Origin: Candidatus Hydrothermarchaeum profundi | GTDB taxonomy: Archaea > Hydrothermarchaeota > Hydrothermarchaeia > Hydrothermarchaeales > Hydrothermarchaeaceae | Length of the DNA: 64,000 bases | Reading direction: 5' to 3' | Assembly (NCBI GenBank): GCA_002011125.2 | Contig: MTMF02000009.1 | Coordinates: 64,001 to 128,000, forward strand | Part shown: one piece after another, positions 36,834-46,916 of the stretch | How the letters are laid out: each line of letters starts with the position of its first letter | How positions within the stretch are numbered: position 1 is the first letter of the stretch | The notes under the pieces: generated by a model | Told to the model about the DNA's origin: nothing | Seen by the model: the letters and a program-made list of their open reading frames with translations, nothing else | Database searches by the model: none | Made by a program: the position numbers and the translations under genes

Positions 36834-37742
36834 CTATATAAATTCCTCTATCCTCAACTGTCCTTTTTTTCTAAGAGGCTCTGAGTAAAATCCCCTAGAT
36901 CTGAGTTCTTCCGAGAATTCCTCGCAAAAACCATGAATTGTATAAACTATCTGGGGGTCTACCTCTTCAACATAGTGAATGAGGTCATAAAAGTCCGAAT
37001 GATCACTAAGAGGGAAAGCACCCTCAATTCCCCTACGCGACTCAAAACGGAGAGCCCAACCCGTCACCACTCCTTTTCTGAAATTAGAGTCCATAGCCTT
37101 AGACCTTGGAGGAAGTATGACAACATAGTCATCATCTATTTCTCCATCTAATAAAGAGTATTCTCCAAGATAAACTCCTAACTTTTCATACTTTTTATTG
37201 TTCTTATATATAGTGGGGTGCACTTGTATCAAATAATCCTCTGCGAGATATCTAGTCAACTCTTGAGCTTTTCCAAAAGAATATGCCAGCAGACAAGGAG
37301 TTTTTCCCATAGAGTGCGTATCGTCTATCCAGTCCCTAATCTCTTTAACCACCTCTGCTCTCTCAGGAAACTTAAAGAAAGGACTGCCATATGTAGATTC
37401 AACTATGAGAACATCTGCCTTTACAATCTTTGCTTCTTCTGTCGTAACTCCCCCACGTAAATTGAAATCCCCCGAATAGATAACATTAAACCCATTTTTT
37501 ATGAGAAGTTGTCCTGAACCAAGCATATGGCCTGATTGAATTATTTGAAATCCTATCCCATTTACACAAATTTCTTCCACAAATCCTACGCTACTACAAC
37601 CTAAATTTGAAAGATACTTAGTCTGATGAGAAGTAATAACCATGCCTTCAATAGACCTAGGGATATGGTCTGAATGCGCATGGGAGATAAAAGCTAGGCC
37701 GCTGGCTTTTTTAGGATCAAGACATATCCTCACGTCATCCAT
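36834..37742 (-). CDS. MBL-fold beta-CASP-type exonuclease
   Basis: SHAHSDH, GHMLGS, SGDF, ESTYG, GKAQE, LSDHSD, HG. Confidence 0.85.
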   Translation of the reverse strand: MDDVRICLDPKKASGLAFISHAHSDHIPRSIEGMVITSHQTKYLSNLGCSSVGFVEEICVNGIGFQIIQSGHMLGSGQLLIKNGFNVIYSGDFNLRGGVTTEEAKIVKADVLIVESTYGSPFFKFPERAEVVKEIRDWIDDTHSMGKTPCLLAYSFGKAQELTRYLAEDYLIQVHPTIYKNNKKYEKLGVYLGEYSLLDGEIDDDYVVILPPRSKAMDSNFRKGVVTGWALRFESRRGIEGAFPLSDHSDFYDLIHYVEEVDPQIVYTIHGFCEEFSEELRSRGFYSEPLRKKGQLRIEEFI

Positions 37743-37871
37743 GGATATTTCTATTCCATTTCCCAGGCAGATTATTTCTACTACCTCCTCACCAATTTCA
37801 GTTTTCCCGGAATATAAGGGTTCCGCTCTTTCACATATTTTTTATATTCCTGACTGTCAACAAGTGAAATT

Positions 37872-38489
37872 ATGAACATCTTTGCTATAGTGCCTGTGAA
37901 TAAATTATCGGAAGCAAAAAGTAGACTATCCCACGTGTTAACTCCGGTAGAGAGGAAGGCCCTCGTAATATGTATGCTAAAAGATGTATTAGACGCGTTG
38001 AAAAATCTAAAGATTATAATAATTAGTCCGGAGCCAAGTATAGGAAACCTTAAAGGTTATCGTTATGATTTCCTGCTAGAAAAGGAAAAAAAAGATTTAA
38101 ACGAAGCTGTTAAGGTTGCTACCAAATATGCAATTAAAAAAAAGGCAGAGGCTACCTTATTTGTACCTGCGGACATCCCTCTCATATCGCCATATATTAT
38201 TCAAGAAATACTTTCCCTTGGAAAAATTCATCCACTTATAATATCTCCTGCTAAAAGAAACGGAACAGGTATCCTATTTAGGCGTCCTCCTGATATTATT
38301 GAGGAAAAATTCACTTCAAACAGTTTTTTAGACCACCTAGAGGAAGCAAAATCTAAGAATATTACACCTTATATCTACGAGTCTCCTCGCATTTCCCTTG
38401 ACCTTGATACCCAAGAAGACCTAGAGGAATTCATCCAAATCGGTAGGGGTACAAGGACCTACGACTTTCTAGTAGAGAGGATCATTTAG
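37872..38489 (+). CDS. cofC: 2-phospho-L-lactate/PEP guanylyltransferase (F420 biosynthesis)
   Basis: AIVPV....AKSRL, ML.DV, ADIP, GT, DLDT.ED. Confidence 0.88.
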   Translation: MNIFAIVPVNKLSEAKSRLSHVLTPVERKALVICMLKDVLDALKNLKIIIISPEPSIGNLKGYRYDFLLEKEKKDLNEAVKVATKYAIKKKAEATLFVPADIPLISPYIIQEILSLGKIHPLIISPAKRNGTGILFRRPPDIIEEKFTSNSFLDHLEEAKSKNITPYIYESPRISLDLDTQEDLEEFIQIGRGTRTYDFLVERII

Positions 38490-39624
38490 GCCTTTCTCCT
38501 AAAATCACTTCAGTAGTATATATTTCGCCCTCTCTCCAATATTTTATCTCTATTCTCTCCCCCACTTGCTTTTTAAATAATACTTCTATAAGATCGTCCA
38601 TACTACTTATCTTCTCGCCTGCTATCTCAACTATTACATCGCCCAAAATGAAATCTTCTTCAAACGGAGATGACTCAGTGCCCTTTAGACCCGCCTTATA
38701 TGCAGGGCCCCCAGGTTCAACTTCTATTACTAAAGCACCAGAAGTTATTGGGATACCTAACGTTTCTGAAAGTTCTTCAGTTAAGTCCCTTCCAGTTATG
38801 CCCAGCCATGGGCGTATTACTTTACCCCTCTCTATAAGCTCTTCTGCAACTTGCTTAGCTGTGTTTATTGGTATAGCGAAGCCGATTCCTTGGAATCCCC
38901 CTGAGACTGTGAAAATTGCACTCGTTATACCAATCACTTCACCCTTAGAATTTAAAAGAGGCCCCCCACTGTTACCGGGGTTGATTGCGGCATCCGTTTG
39001 AATGACTCCATAAATCTTATAACCATCATTTGAGAGTGTTCTATTTACTGCACTTATTACTCCCACTGTTATAGTATTTTCTAGCACATAAGGATTACCT
39101 ACTGCAATAGATATCTGACCAGGGACTATATTATCCGAATCTCCTAATATCACCGGCTTTAGATCATATGATGGATCTATCTTAAGAACCGCTGTGTCTG
39201 TTACCAGATCTGCTCCTATAACCTCTGCTTTCCATTCATCTCCGTTTGAAAGAATTACTCTAACTTCATCCGCATCTTCCACCACATGCTGGTTAGTTAG
39301 TATTAAACCAGAGGAGTCAATTATCATGCCTGAACCAGTCCGCTCACTTTTTTCTTTTATACCGAATATGTTTTCAAATTCCCCAACAGACACTATGTGG
39401 ACAACTGAATCTTTAACTTGTTCGAATATAGCTGATACAATAGCTTCCTGGGATAGCGATTCATTTACTAGTATAACTTTTTGCTCTAGGATAGGAGGAG
39501 TTTTTTCATATAACCGGTCACCCCACGTAAAAAAAATCCCGGCAGTGAGTAAGCTGCTCGCTACTCCAATTAGTATACCAAAGACAACTAGTTTCCAAAA
39601 ACCCTCACTTTTACTCATTTTCAA
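38482..39624 (-). CDS. htrA: HtrA/DegP-like serine protease with PDZ domain
   Basis: TM anchor, GSG, LTNQHVV, DAAINPGNSGGPL, PDZ. Confidence 0.93.
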   Translation of the reverse strand: MKMSKSEGFWKLVVFGILIGVASSLLTAGIFFTWGDRLYEKTPPILEQKVILVNESLSQEAIVSAIFEQVKDSVVHIVSVGEFENIFGIKEKSERTGSGMIIDSSGLILTNQHVVEDADEVRVILSNGDEWKAEVIGADLVTDTAVLKIDPSYDLKPVILGDSDNIVPGQISIAVGNPYVLENTITVGVISAVNRTLSNDGYKIYGVIQTDAAINPGNSGGPLLNSKGEVIGITSAIFTVSGGFQGIGFAIPINTAKQVAEELIERGKVIRPWLGITGRDLTEELSETLGIPITSGALVIEVEPGGPAYKAGLKGTESSPFEEDFILGDVIVEIAGEKISSMDDLIEVLFKKQVGERIEIKYWREGEIYTTEVILGERPK

Positions 39625-39701
39625 TGAACCTACTAGTACAAAATATTATATCTTCATAAATCTTTTAGTGAAAGATATCCAAATAAAAAAGGGGGTTTAC
39701 C

Positions 39702-40829
39702 ATGATACGCAGAGAAGAAATTCAAAAAATAGCGGGAGAATATGAGGATATAACAATTGGTATTTTTGGCTCTCACTCTGCTAAAGAGGTGGGAATGGCT
39801 GCAAAAGTGGCGGGCTTAAAAACTGTTATAATAGTTCAAGAAGGAAGAGATTGGTTCTATACCAAATACCATAAGCATCTATATGATGAAGTGATAAAAG
39901 TACCAAAATTTCGGGACATGTTAAATGAGGAAGTCCAGGAGAAACTTAGAGAGCTAAACACTATATTCATCCCAAATCGATCCTTCTCGGTTTATGTAGG
40001 ATATGACGGAATAGAAAACGATTTTATGGTCCCACTTTATGGGAATCGGTTTATTCTCCGGGCAGAGGATAGGGCAGATGAAAGAGGGCAGTATTATCTT
40101 ATGAAAAAAGCAGGTATTAGGGTTCCTAAAGAGTTTAAGAGTCCGGAAGAAATTGATAGACTTTGTATAGTTAAAGTCCAGCAGGCCCAAAATGTTCTAG
40201 AAAGAGCTTTTTTCTATGCTTCCTCGCCTGAGGATTACTATAAACAAGAAAAAGAGCTTCTCGAGAAAGGTGTTATAAGCGAGGAAACCCTGAAAAACAG
40301 ACGCATAGAGGAATATGTACTGGGAGCGAGGTTCAACGCTAATTTCCACGGATATGCGTTGGAAGATATTTTTGGGGACTTTGATCTTGTAGGATTCAGT
40401 GATCGCCGTCAAGTAAACCTTCAGGGATTTCTCAATTTACCTGCGAAAGATCAGCTTAAAATAAATGTGCCTGTGAAAAACGAGGAAATCGGGCACTTCG
40501 GAGTTACTATGCGGGAATCTAAACAGCCGCTAGTCTATGATGCGGCCTATCGTTTCAGACGGATAGTGGAGGAAGAGTATCCGCCAAAAATGATTGGACC
40601 CTTCGCACTACAAGGAGCGATAGGTTATAATCCTGATGGAAAACTTGAGTTCGTAGTTTTCGATGTAAGCCCTCGTGTACCTGGAGATCCTGTGATGGGG
40701 CCTACTTCACCTGAGATGAGGAACTTAACCCTTAAACATGGCAGAAAAATAGAGGACCCTATGGATCTAGTTATGATGGAGATTACTACCGCCAAAAAAG
40801 AAGAAAGGCTAGAAGAGGTCGTAACCTAA
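39702..40829 (+). CDS. PurP-like ATP-grasp protein (paralog)
   Basis: GSHSA, IPNRSF, GPFALQ, FDVSPRVPG. Confidence 0.88.
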   Translation: MIRREEIQKIAGEYEDITIGIFGSHSAKEVGMAAKVAGLKTVIIVQEGRDWFYTKYHKHLYDEVIKVPKFRDMLNEEVQEKLRELNTIFIPNRSFSVYVGYDGIENDFMVPLYGNRFILRAEDRADERGQYYLMKKAGIRVPKEFKSPEEIDRLCIVKVQQAQNVLERAFFYASSPEDYYKQEKELLEKGVISEETLKNRRIEEYVLGARFNANFHGYALEDIFGDFDLVGFSDRRQVNLQGFLNLPAKDQLKINVPVKNEEIGHFGVTMRESKQPLVYDAAYRFRRIVEEEYPPKMIGPFALQGAIGYNPDGKLEFVVFDVSPRVPGDPVMGPTSPEMRNLTLKHGRKIEDPMDLVMMEITTAKKEERLEEVVT

Positions 40830-40890
40830 ATTTGAAACCTTAAATTATATATAAGACACCACAAAATATGAACTTCGCCGAGGATGACGC

Positions 40891-41976
40891 ATGATAGAAC
40901 CTTCAGAGATGCATGAAATATTTGAAGAATATGACAAGGATAATTTAACTATCGCTACCATAGGTAGCCATTCTGCGCTCCAGATACTTAAAGGCGGTAG
41001 AGAACTAGGGTTTAACACATTGGCCATATGCAAAAAGGGGAGAGAAGTAATATATGAAAGATTTGGAGTAGCCGATCACATTATCGTGGTTAAAGACTAT
41101 CTAGAACTTCTAAGAGACGAGATAATCAACGAACTCCGAAAGAGAAATTCAATAATAGTGCCTCATGGCTCTTTGATAGCGTATGTGGGGGTAGATGCTA
41201 TTGAAAACCGTCTTCCTGTCCCCCTATTTGGAAATAGAAAAATCTTAAGGTGGGAGTCTGACAGAAATCTAGAGCGGCAGTGGCTGAGTAAAGCAAATAT
41301 AAAGATGCCAAAAGAAACAAAGGACCCTAGAGAGATATCTTGCCTTTCTATAGTTAAGTTTCCTGGAGCAAAAGGTGGACGAGGCTATTTCCTAGTACAA
41401 AACTACGGAGAGTTTCTTAGGAAGTCTAGAGAGATGCTGAAAAAGAAGAGGATAACCAAAGAGGATTTGGATAACGTAACCATTCAAGAGTATGTAATGG
41501 GAGCAAATATGTATCTTTCATACTTTTATTCCCCTCTCAATGATACGGTAGAGCTTTTCGGTATTGATAGAAGATGGGAAGCAAATATCGATGGTTTAAC
41601 ACGGATCCCAGCGATAGATCAGAGTAACGTTTACATCGAACCTAGCTATGTAGTGGTGGGAAACGCTCCTGTAGTAGCCAGAGAGTCATTGCTCGCTAAG
41701 ATTTTTAGGATGGGAGACGATATAGTGGCCGTATCAAAAGAAATTGCTCCTCCTGGAATGCTTGGGCCTTTCTGCCTAGAAACAATGGTGACTCATCATC
41801 TCGAGTTTTTTGCTTTTGAAATCTCAGCTAGGATTGTTGCAGGTACTAACCCTTTCATGAATGGCTCCCCCTACAGCTATGTGCAGTACGGTTGTAATAT
41901 GAGCATGGGAAAGAGAATCGCCCTAGAGTTGAGGAATGCCCTTAAAGAAAAAAAAGAACATCTTCTTATAACTTAA
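40891..41976 (+). CDS. purP: Formate-phosphoribosylaminoimidazolecarboxamide ligase PurP
   Basis: GSHSALQI, PHGS, GAKGGRGYF, RESLL, GPFCLE, FEISARIVAGTN. Confidence 0.92.
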   Translation: MIEPSEMHEIFEEYDKDNLTIATIGSHSALQILKGGRELGFNTLAICKKGREVIYERFGVADHIIVVKDYLELLRDEIINELRKRNSIIVPHGSLIAYVGVDAIENRLPVPLFGNRKILRWESDRNLERQWLSKANIKMPKETKDPREISCLSIVKFPGAKGGRGYFLVQNYGEFLRKSREMLKKKRITKEDLDNVTIQEYVMGANMYLSYFYSPLNDTVELFGIDRRWEANIDGLTRIPAIDQSNVYIEPSYVVVGNAPVVARESLLAKIFRMGDDIVAVSKEIAPPGMLGPFCLETMVTHHLEFFAFEISARIVAGTNPFMNGSPYSYVQYGCNMSMGKRIALELRNALKEKKEHLLIT

Positions 41977-42261
41977 TCATTCTAAAGCCTTTATAAATTC
42001 CTCAATTGGAGTAGCCGGCAGAGTTTCTATTTTCATGGTACCGGTAGCTCCTATAAGCGCACTAGTCCTCATCGCCGTCTTATCATCCGGAGCCTCAATC
42101 ACACTTACCATATCATATTCCCCCAACGTTGCATATGTTTCCAGTATCCTTACTCCCTCCCTCTCTAAAACAGCGTTTGCCTCTTCATACATTCTTTTCA
42201 AGTTCCTAATGTTCTTAATCCCTTGTTCGGTAAAACTTATTAGTCTTACATAAAGAGGCAT
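41977..42261 (-). CDS. GYD-domain protein
   Basis: FTEQG, TLGEYD. Confidence 0.85.
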   Translation of the reverse strand: MPLYVRLISFTEQGIKNIRNLKRMYEEANAVLEREGVRILETYATLGEYDMVSVIEAPDDKTAMRTSALIGATGTMKIETLPATPIEEFIKALE

Positions 42262-42265
42262 AGAT

Positions 42266-42583
42266 TCACCTCCCTATCTTTACTCTCTTAACCTTATCTT
42301 CCTTCCTCCTTGGCTTGTCTCGTCTATCATCTATTTTTAAGGTAGAGACTACTCTCCTAATGCCTTTATTTACAAGAGCCTGGTGAGCCCTCTCCACTGC
42401 CCTTAGAATATCCGATAAGTTCTCGGATTCTATTATCGTTCCCATGGGAGTGACTTCAATGTCCAGCCCTTCTTTCTCTAAAACCTTTATTGCTTCAGCG
42501 ACATAGTTACCTATACTAGTATCCCCCGTACCCACCGGGATAATTGAGAATTCAGCGATTACTGTGACTTTCTTCACAGACAA
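42266..42583 (-). CDS. MTH1187/thiamine-binding (DUF77) protein
   Basis: FSIIP.G, TPMGT.IE, KIDDRRDK. Confidence 0.88.
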   Translation of the reverse strand: MSVKKVTVIAEFSIIPVGTGDTSIGNYVAEAIKVLEKEGLDIEVTPMGTIIESENLSDILRAVERAHQALVNKGIRRVVSTLKIDDRRDKPRRKEDKVKRVKIGR

Positions 42584-42706
42584 GCCTCCTACTGTATATC
42601 TGCTCTTATCTCTTAATTAATTTTCCAATATACAATAAGGAAGTTGAGCATATCTTCTGCCTTTTAATACTGAAAATTAATTTATCTTTGAAATTAATAT
42701 AAATCT

Positions 42707-43564
42707 ATGGAGATATATCCAATCGCGGCTGATTCCCTTGGAACCAGATCTATGGCCACCTTAATTAAAACCAAGCAGTGTAGTATATTCATAGACCCAG
42801 GAGTAGCTCTTGGACCCAGAAGATATGGACTACCGCCACATCCTCTCGAACTAAAAAGAATGGAAGAGCACTGGGAAATTATACGGAAATTCGCCATGAA
42901 AGTTGATATCATTATTATAACCCATTACCACTACGATCACTACGAACCAGAAGCTCCAGAGTTATACAGAAACAAACGCCTATTTATAAAGCATCCTACA
43001 AAAAAAATCAACTACAGCCAAAAGGAAAGAGCACGATATTTTTTAGAGAAGATCGCAGGTTTGCCGGAGAGTATGGAATATTCAGATGGCAGAGAGTACA
43101 TCTTCAAGGATGTTAGATTGAAATTTAGTGATCCCGTTTTTCATGGTACAAATAAAAGGCTCGGATATGTAACGGAAGTTTCTGTAAATGATGGAGACCT
43201 ATGTTTCCTATTCACTTCAGATGTAGAGGGCCCGAGTATTGAAGACCAGATAAAGTTTATAGAAAACGAAAAGCCTGATATAGTTTATCTAGACGGTCCC
43301 ATGTCATATATGTTAGGATACCGCTATTCTAGGATAAGCCTTGAAGCAACAATCAAAAATATAATAAAATTGTTGAAAGATACAAATATGGGAGAACTAA
43401 TAGTAGACCATCATCTCCTAAGAGATTTACAGTGGAAAGAGAAAATACAGGACGTCCTAGAAGTAGCTAAAAAACTGGATAAGAAGATTGTAACAGCTGC
43501 AGGATACTTAGGGTTGGAGGATGATCCATTAGAAGCTAAAAGAAAAGAGCTATATGGTGGATAA
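42707..43564 (+). CDS. UPF0282 MBL-fold hydrolase
   Basis: [38 protein letters not shown]. Confidence 0.88.
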   Translation: MEIYPIAADSLGTRSMATLIKTKQCSIFIDPGVALGPRRYGLPPHPLELKRMEEHWEIIRKFAMKVDIIIITHYHYDHYEPEAPELYRNKRLFIKHPTKKINYSQKERARYFLEKIAGLPESMEYSDGREYIFKDVRLKFSDPVFHGTNKRLGYVTEVSVNDGDLCFLFTSDVEGPSIEDQIKFIENEKPDIVYLDGPMSYMLGYRYSRISLEATIKNIIKLLKDTNMGELIVDHHLLRDLQWKEKIQDVLEVAKKLDKKIVTAAGYLGLEDDPLEAKRKELYGG

Positions 43565-43566
43565 AA

Positions 43567-43893
43567 ATGGGAACATGCTCATATTGTGGCGTTAAAGAAA
43601 CCATGCCTTTCAAATGCAAGTTCTGTGGAGAACAGTTCTGTGGAGAACACCGTCTACCAGAAAACCATGAATGCTATGGATTGCAAAGGTTTAAAGAAGA
43701 AAGAAGCAAAATGCCAGAGAAATGGATCTATGAGCCCTTCCACTCAAAAGAAAAAGCGGAAGTAGGAAGAAAAGTAGAGAAACCCCTAAATAAGAAGATT
43801 TATGAGAATATCCGAGGTATCGACTCTAGGAAGATATTATACGCTATACTAGCGATTATAATAGTGCTAACTGTTTCTCAGGTTTTAATCTGA
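43567..43893 (+). CDS. AN1-type zinc finger protein with C-terminal TM
   Basis: [22 protein letters not shown]. Confidence 0.9.
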   Translation: MGTCSYCGVKETMPFKCKFCGEQFCGEHRLPENHECYGLQRFKEERSKMPEKWIYEPFHSKEKAEVGRKVEKPLNKKIYENIRGIDSRKILYAILAIIIVLTVSQVLI

Positions 43894-44717
43894 GCCTTGA
43901 GTTTGCCGAATGTAGTAACTCTCTCACAGTAGGAGTTGCTAGTGAAGAGGGTTCCCTCAGCTATGCATTTAGCAGAAACCCTCATTTCATCAGGCAGATC
44001 AAATTTCTCAACCGCTCTCGCTAAGATCTCCGAAACGACTGCGCTCGTAGACTTTGGAGAAGCGAGAGCCTTCCTCATAGCTGCCTTTTCTTCTTCTTCT
44101 GTTAAATAGCCATAAGATTTAGAACTCATCGATTCTTCTAAAATATTTATTATATCCTGTATCTTGACTATCCATGCCTTTGGAGTCTGAACAACTAAAG
44201 AAGCCCGAGCCTTCTGCGGACTGCCTATCATAGTCTTATCCCAATGAGGATGAAGTAAAATACCCCGTATCTCTGCTCCAACCTCCTTTTCAACACTAAT
44301 ATCCTTATTTCTATAAGCGTTTGCTCTAGCTATTATTTTAACAAACTCTTGTTCTTTCCGGTTAGACGGTGTCTTACCTATCACCATAAGCTCACTTTCC
44401 ATTTCTACCTCGCACTTACTAGCATAATCATGCCTCTTTAGAATTTCAAGCACTATATCTTCACAAAGCCCCTCTAGCTCATATACAGGTTTTTTAGTAA
44501 TCTCCTCAAGCAACTCGTTTATAGCCTCTAAATTTCTCGACATGTGCGTGCCTTTCTGTGAGGGAGGGAGATCCACGAAGCATTTAAGATCAGCAAGTAA
44601 AATAATCGGCCTCCTACCTCTAGTAGGTATTTCCAGCAACTTTCTTACCTTTGTTACCCCCACCCTACTCAAGGATATTCTGTACTCCGGCAGCCTCATT
44701 TGGACATCTGGCAACAT
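43878..44717 (-). CDS. GTP cyclohydrolase MptA/FolE2-like protein, degenerate active site
   Basis: LPDVQ, LSRVGVT, VDLP..KGTHMSR; C-terminal CPC, HxQR and ESIHxH motifs missing. Confidence 0.8.
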   Translation of the reverse strand: MLPDVQMRLPEYRISLSRVGVTKVRKLLEIPTRGRRPIILLADLKCFVDLPPSQKGTHMSRNLEAINELLEEITKKPVYELEGLCEDIVLEILKRHDYASKCEVEMESELMVIGKTPSNRKEQEFVKIIARANAYRNKDISVEKEVGAEIRGILLHPHWDKTMIGSPQKARASLVVQTPKAWIVKIQDIINILEESMSSKSYGYLTEEEEKAAMRKALASPKSTSAVVSEILARAVEKFDLPDEMRVSAKCIAEGTLFTSNSYCERVTTFGKLKAQIKT

Positions 44718-44813
44718 CTTTGAGTAAAGAAAGGTTACCGAAAGCAAAGAAAATCACATATGTAGGTATAAATAGTATTAATAAAGGTAAAACCAAATGA
44801 TTTATATAGAATA

Positions 44814-45323
44814 ATGAGTAAGCCTTTAAAAGAGGGGGTAAGAATGCCACCACCATTGACGGACGAAGAATTAGAGGAGTTGAGAATAAAGGCAGAAAAG
44901 TGGAGGCAGTATCTTTCTGAAAAGATTACTAGTGGACCCTCTAAAGAATTTCTAGCAGACTATGGCAGAGGGTATAGGTATTCAGATGTCTTGGATTCTC
45001 AATTAGCTGAAACTCATTTTATGGAGTATGGTAGGCTGCGTAGGATACTTAGAGATAGGGGAATAAGCGGAGAAGATGCTACCGAGTTGGATATGATAGC
45101 TAAAATACTCCATTTAGCTAGGAGCGAGATATCAATCGTGAATCTCTTCGTATCTGCTAAAATACATTTGAGACAGCTAAACAGGCTATTAAGTTTTCTG
45201 ACGGATTCTGGACTCTTGATAAAGAAGGATGATAGATATTCTATAACCAAGCGTGGAGCTGATTTCTTATTCCATTGGCAGAGAGCCTTAGTTCTTCTAA
45301 ATGGCGGAAAGGCTTTGCGATAA
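44814..45323 (+). CDS. Winged-helix transcriptional regulator with N-terminal extension
   Basis: C-terminal L..L...GLL....YSITKRG..FL. Confidence 0.75.
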   Translation: MSKPLKEGVRMPPPLTDEELEELRIKAEKWRQYLSEKITSGPSKEFLADYGRGYRYSDVLDSQLAETHFMEYGRLRRILRDRGISGEDATELDMIAKILHLARSEISIVNLFVSAKIHLRQLNRLLSFLTDSGLLIKKDDRYSITKRGADFLFHWQRALVLLNGGKALR

Positions 45324-45347
45324 GGTAACTTATCCGCACCTTTTTTT
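45316..45347 (+). terminator. Hairpin plus T-tract terminator
   Basis: TGCGATAAG-GTAA-CTTATCCGCA followed by T7. Confidence 0.55.
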
Positions 45348-45368
45348 ATATCTGCTATTTGTAGTCCA

Positions 45369-45386
45369 AAACATGTTTAACATGTT
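45369..45386. promoter_or_regulatory. Tandem palindromes (AAACATGTTT, AACATGTT), putative operator
   Basis: Located between the wHTH gene and the oxidoreductase operon. Confidence 0.4.
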
Positions 45387-45440
45387 TACAGTAATTGTTA
45401 TATACCGATTTCAGAAAATTAATAGTTAATTCTTTAAAAC

Positions 45441-46916
45441 TTGGACAATGGGATGAAAATGGGATATGGAAAGCTATCACAGACTGACATTAAAAAGCTA
45501 ATTGATGTGGCGGGGGAGGAGAATGTTTTTACAAATAAGGAGGACTTGGTTCCATACGGTAGAGACAACTGCCCGTACAAATGGTCTGAGAAATTTAGAT
45601 TCATTCCAGACGTTGTTATAACTCCTATCTCCACTAGTCATGTCTCAGAGATCCTTAAGATAGCAAATGAGTTAAAAATCCCTGTTACTCAAAAAGGAGG
45701 AGGAACGGGCATGTCTGGTGGATGCGTGCCTAAATATGGCGGCATTCTTCTAGACATGAAAAAAATGGATAAAATACTAGAAGTAAACAAAGATAATCTC
45801 TATGTCGTAGTCCAGCCTGGAATTACCAATTTACGCTTAATTAAAGAACTGGAAAAACATGGGCTAATGGGTCCCCATGAGCCAGGAAGCTCTCCATCTT
45901 CTACTATTGGAGGCGCTCTTTCAACTTCAGGCGTGAATTATAGACAGGGAGTAATGGGCGCGCTTATCGACGAAATACTAGGATTAGAAGTCGTATTAGC
46001 TGATGGCGAAGTGATTAGAGCGGGTCGGAATTCAGCTATTACGAATCTGTCTAAAAATTCAGTGGGCTATGACCTCTGTCATTTATTTGTAGGAGACTTC
46101 GGCAGCCTTGGAGTAAAAACCGCTGCAACTTTGAAGACAATCCCAATCCCTGAGGTTGAGGAAATCCATGTTGTAACATTTCCAGATTTTGAAAGCACAC
46201 TTAAAGCCATATTAAAAATCCAGAGAGCCATGCTACCAGGGATATTTACGTATACTGCTTTCGACAGGGAATACATGGAAAAAGCAAGTCAAATCTATGG
46301 CTCAGAAGTATACGGCGGAGCGGTCTTAATAGGTTTCATGGGGGATAGAGAAGTAGTAGATTACACTAGAAAGAAAGCGGAGAAATTTTGGGAAGAGTAT
46401 GGCGGACAAGATATGGGGCCTGAGGAGGCTGATGCAGAATGGGAAAACCGCTTCGATGTTTACCCGAGGATGATAGCCACCGGTAAGCCTGCAGCAAGAT
46501 GGCACTATGAAGACCCGACGGTTAAAATGACTGATCTCGCTAAAGCTCTTAAAAAGTATCACCAAATCGTAGCCAAATATGGATTCGATGACTGGGGAGG
46601 GGAGGCATGGATTTACGATCAAACCTCAACGCTTTCCGCTATCATGTACGCTGTTGATGAGACCGACGAAGACAACTGGGATAAGTATATGAAGTGCGCT
46701 AATGAAATCGTTGAGGCCGCGATTAAGATGGGGGGCTCAATATCTAACTGCCTAGGATATGATAAGAGAGGAGTTGGGAGGCATGGGCTTTCTCTACTGA
46801 AGAAGGAATATTCTACTCCAGAGCTCCGTACTATTTATGAGATAAAAAAAGCTCTGGACCCTAATGGCATTTTAAATCCTGGAATTCTTAGTCTAGATGA
46901 AATGGAGGGAGTCTAA
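45441..46916 (+). CDS. FAD-binding oxidoreductase (GlcD/D-lactate dehydrogenase family)
   Basis: GGGTGMSGG, STIGG, GYDL..LFVG..G.LG, K.ALDP.GILNPG. Confidence 0.9.
   Translation: MDNGMKMGYGKLSQTDIKKLIDVAGEENVFTNKEDLVPYGRDNCPYKWSEKFRFIPDVVITPISTSHVSEILKIANELKIPVTQKGGGTGMSGGCVPKYGGILLDMKKMDKILEVNKDNLYVVVQPGITNLRLIKELEKHGLMGPHEPGSSPSSTIGGALSTSGVNYRQGVMGALIDEILGLEVVLADGEVIRAGRNSAITNLSKNSVGYDLCHLFVGDFGSLGVKTAATLKTIPIPEVEEIHVVTFPDFESTLKAILKIQRAMLPGIFTYTAFDREYMEKASQIYGSEVYGGAVLIGFMGDREVVDYTRKKAEKFWEEYGGQDMGPEEADAEWENRFDVYPRMIATGKPAARWHYEDPTVKMTDLAKALKKYHQIVAKYGFDDWGGEAWIYDQTSTLSAIMYAVDETDEDNWDKYMKCANEIVEAAIKMGGSISNCLGYDKRGVGRHGLSLLKKEYSTPELRTIYEIKKALDPNGILNPGILSLDEMEGV

Noticed and set aside
39702-41976. 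Tandem purP paralogs
   Set aside because: Adjacent PurP and PurP-like genes are a known archaeal arrangement
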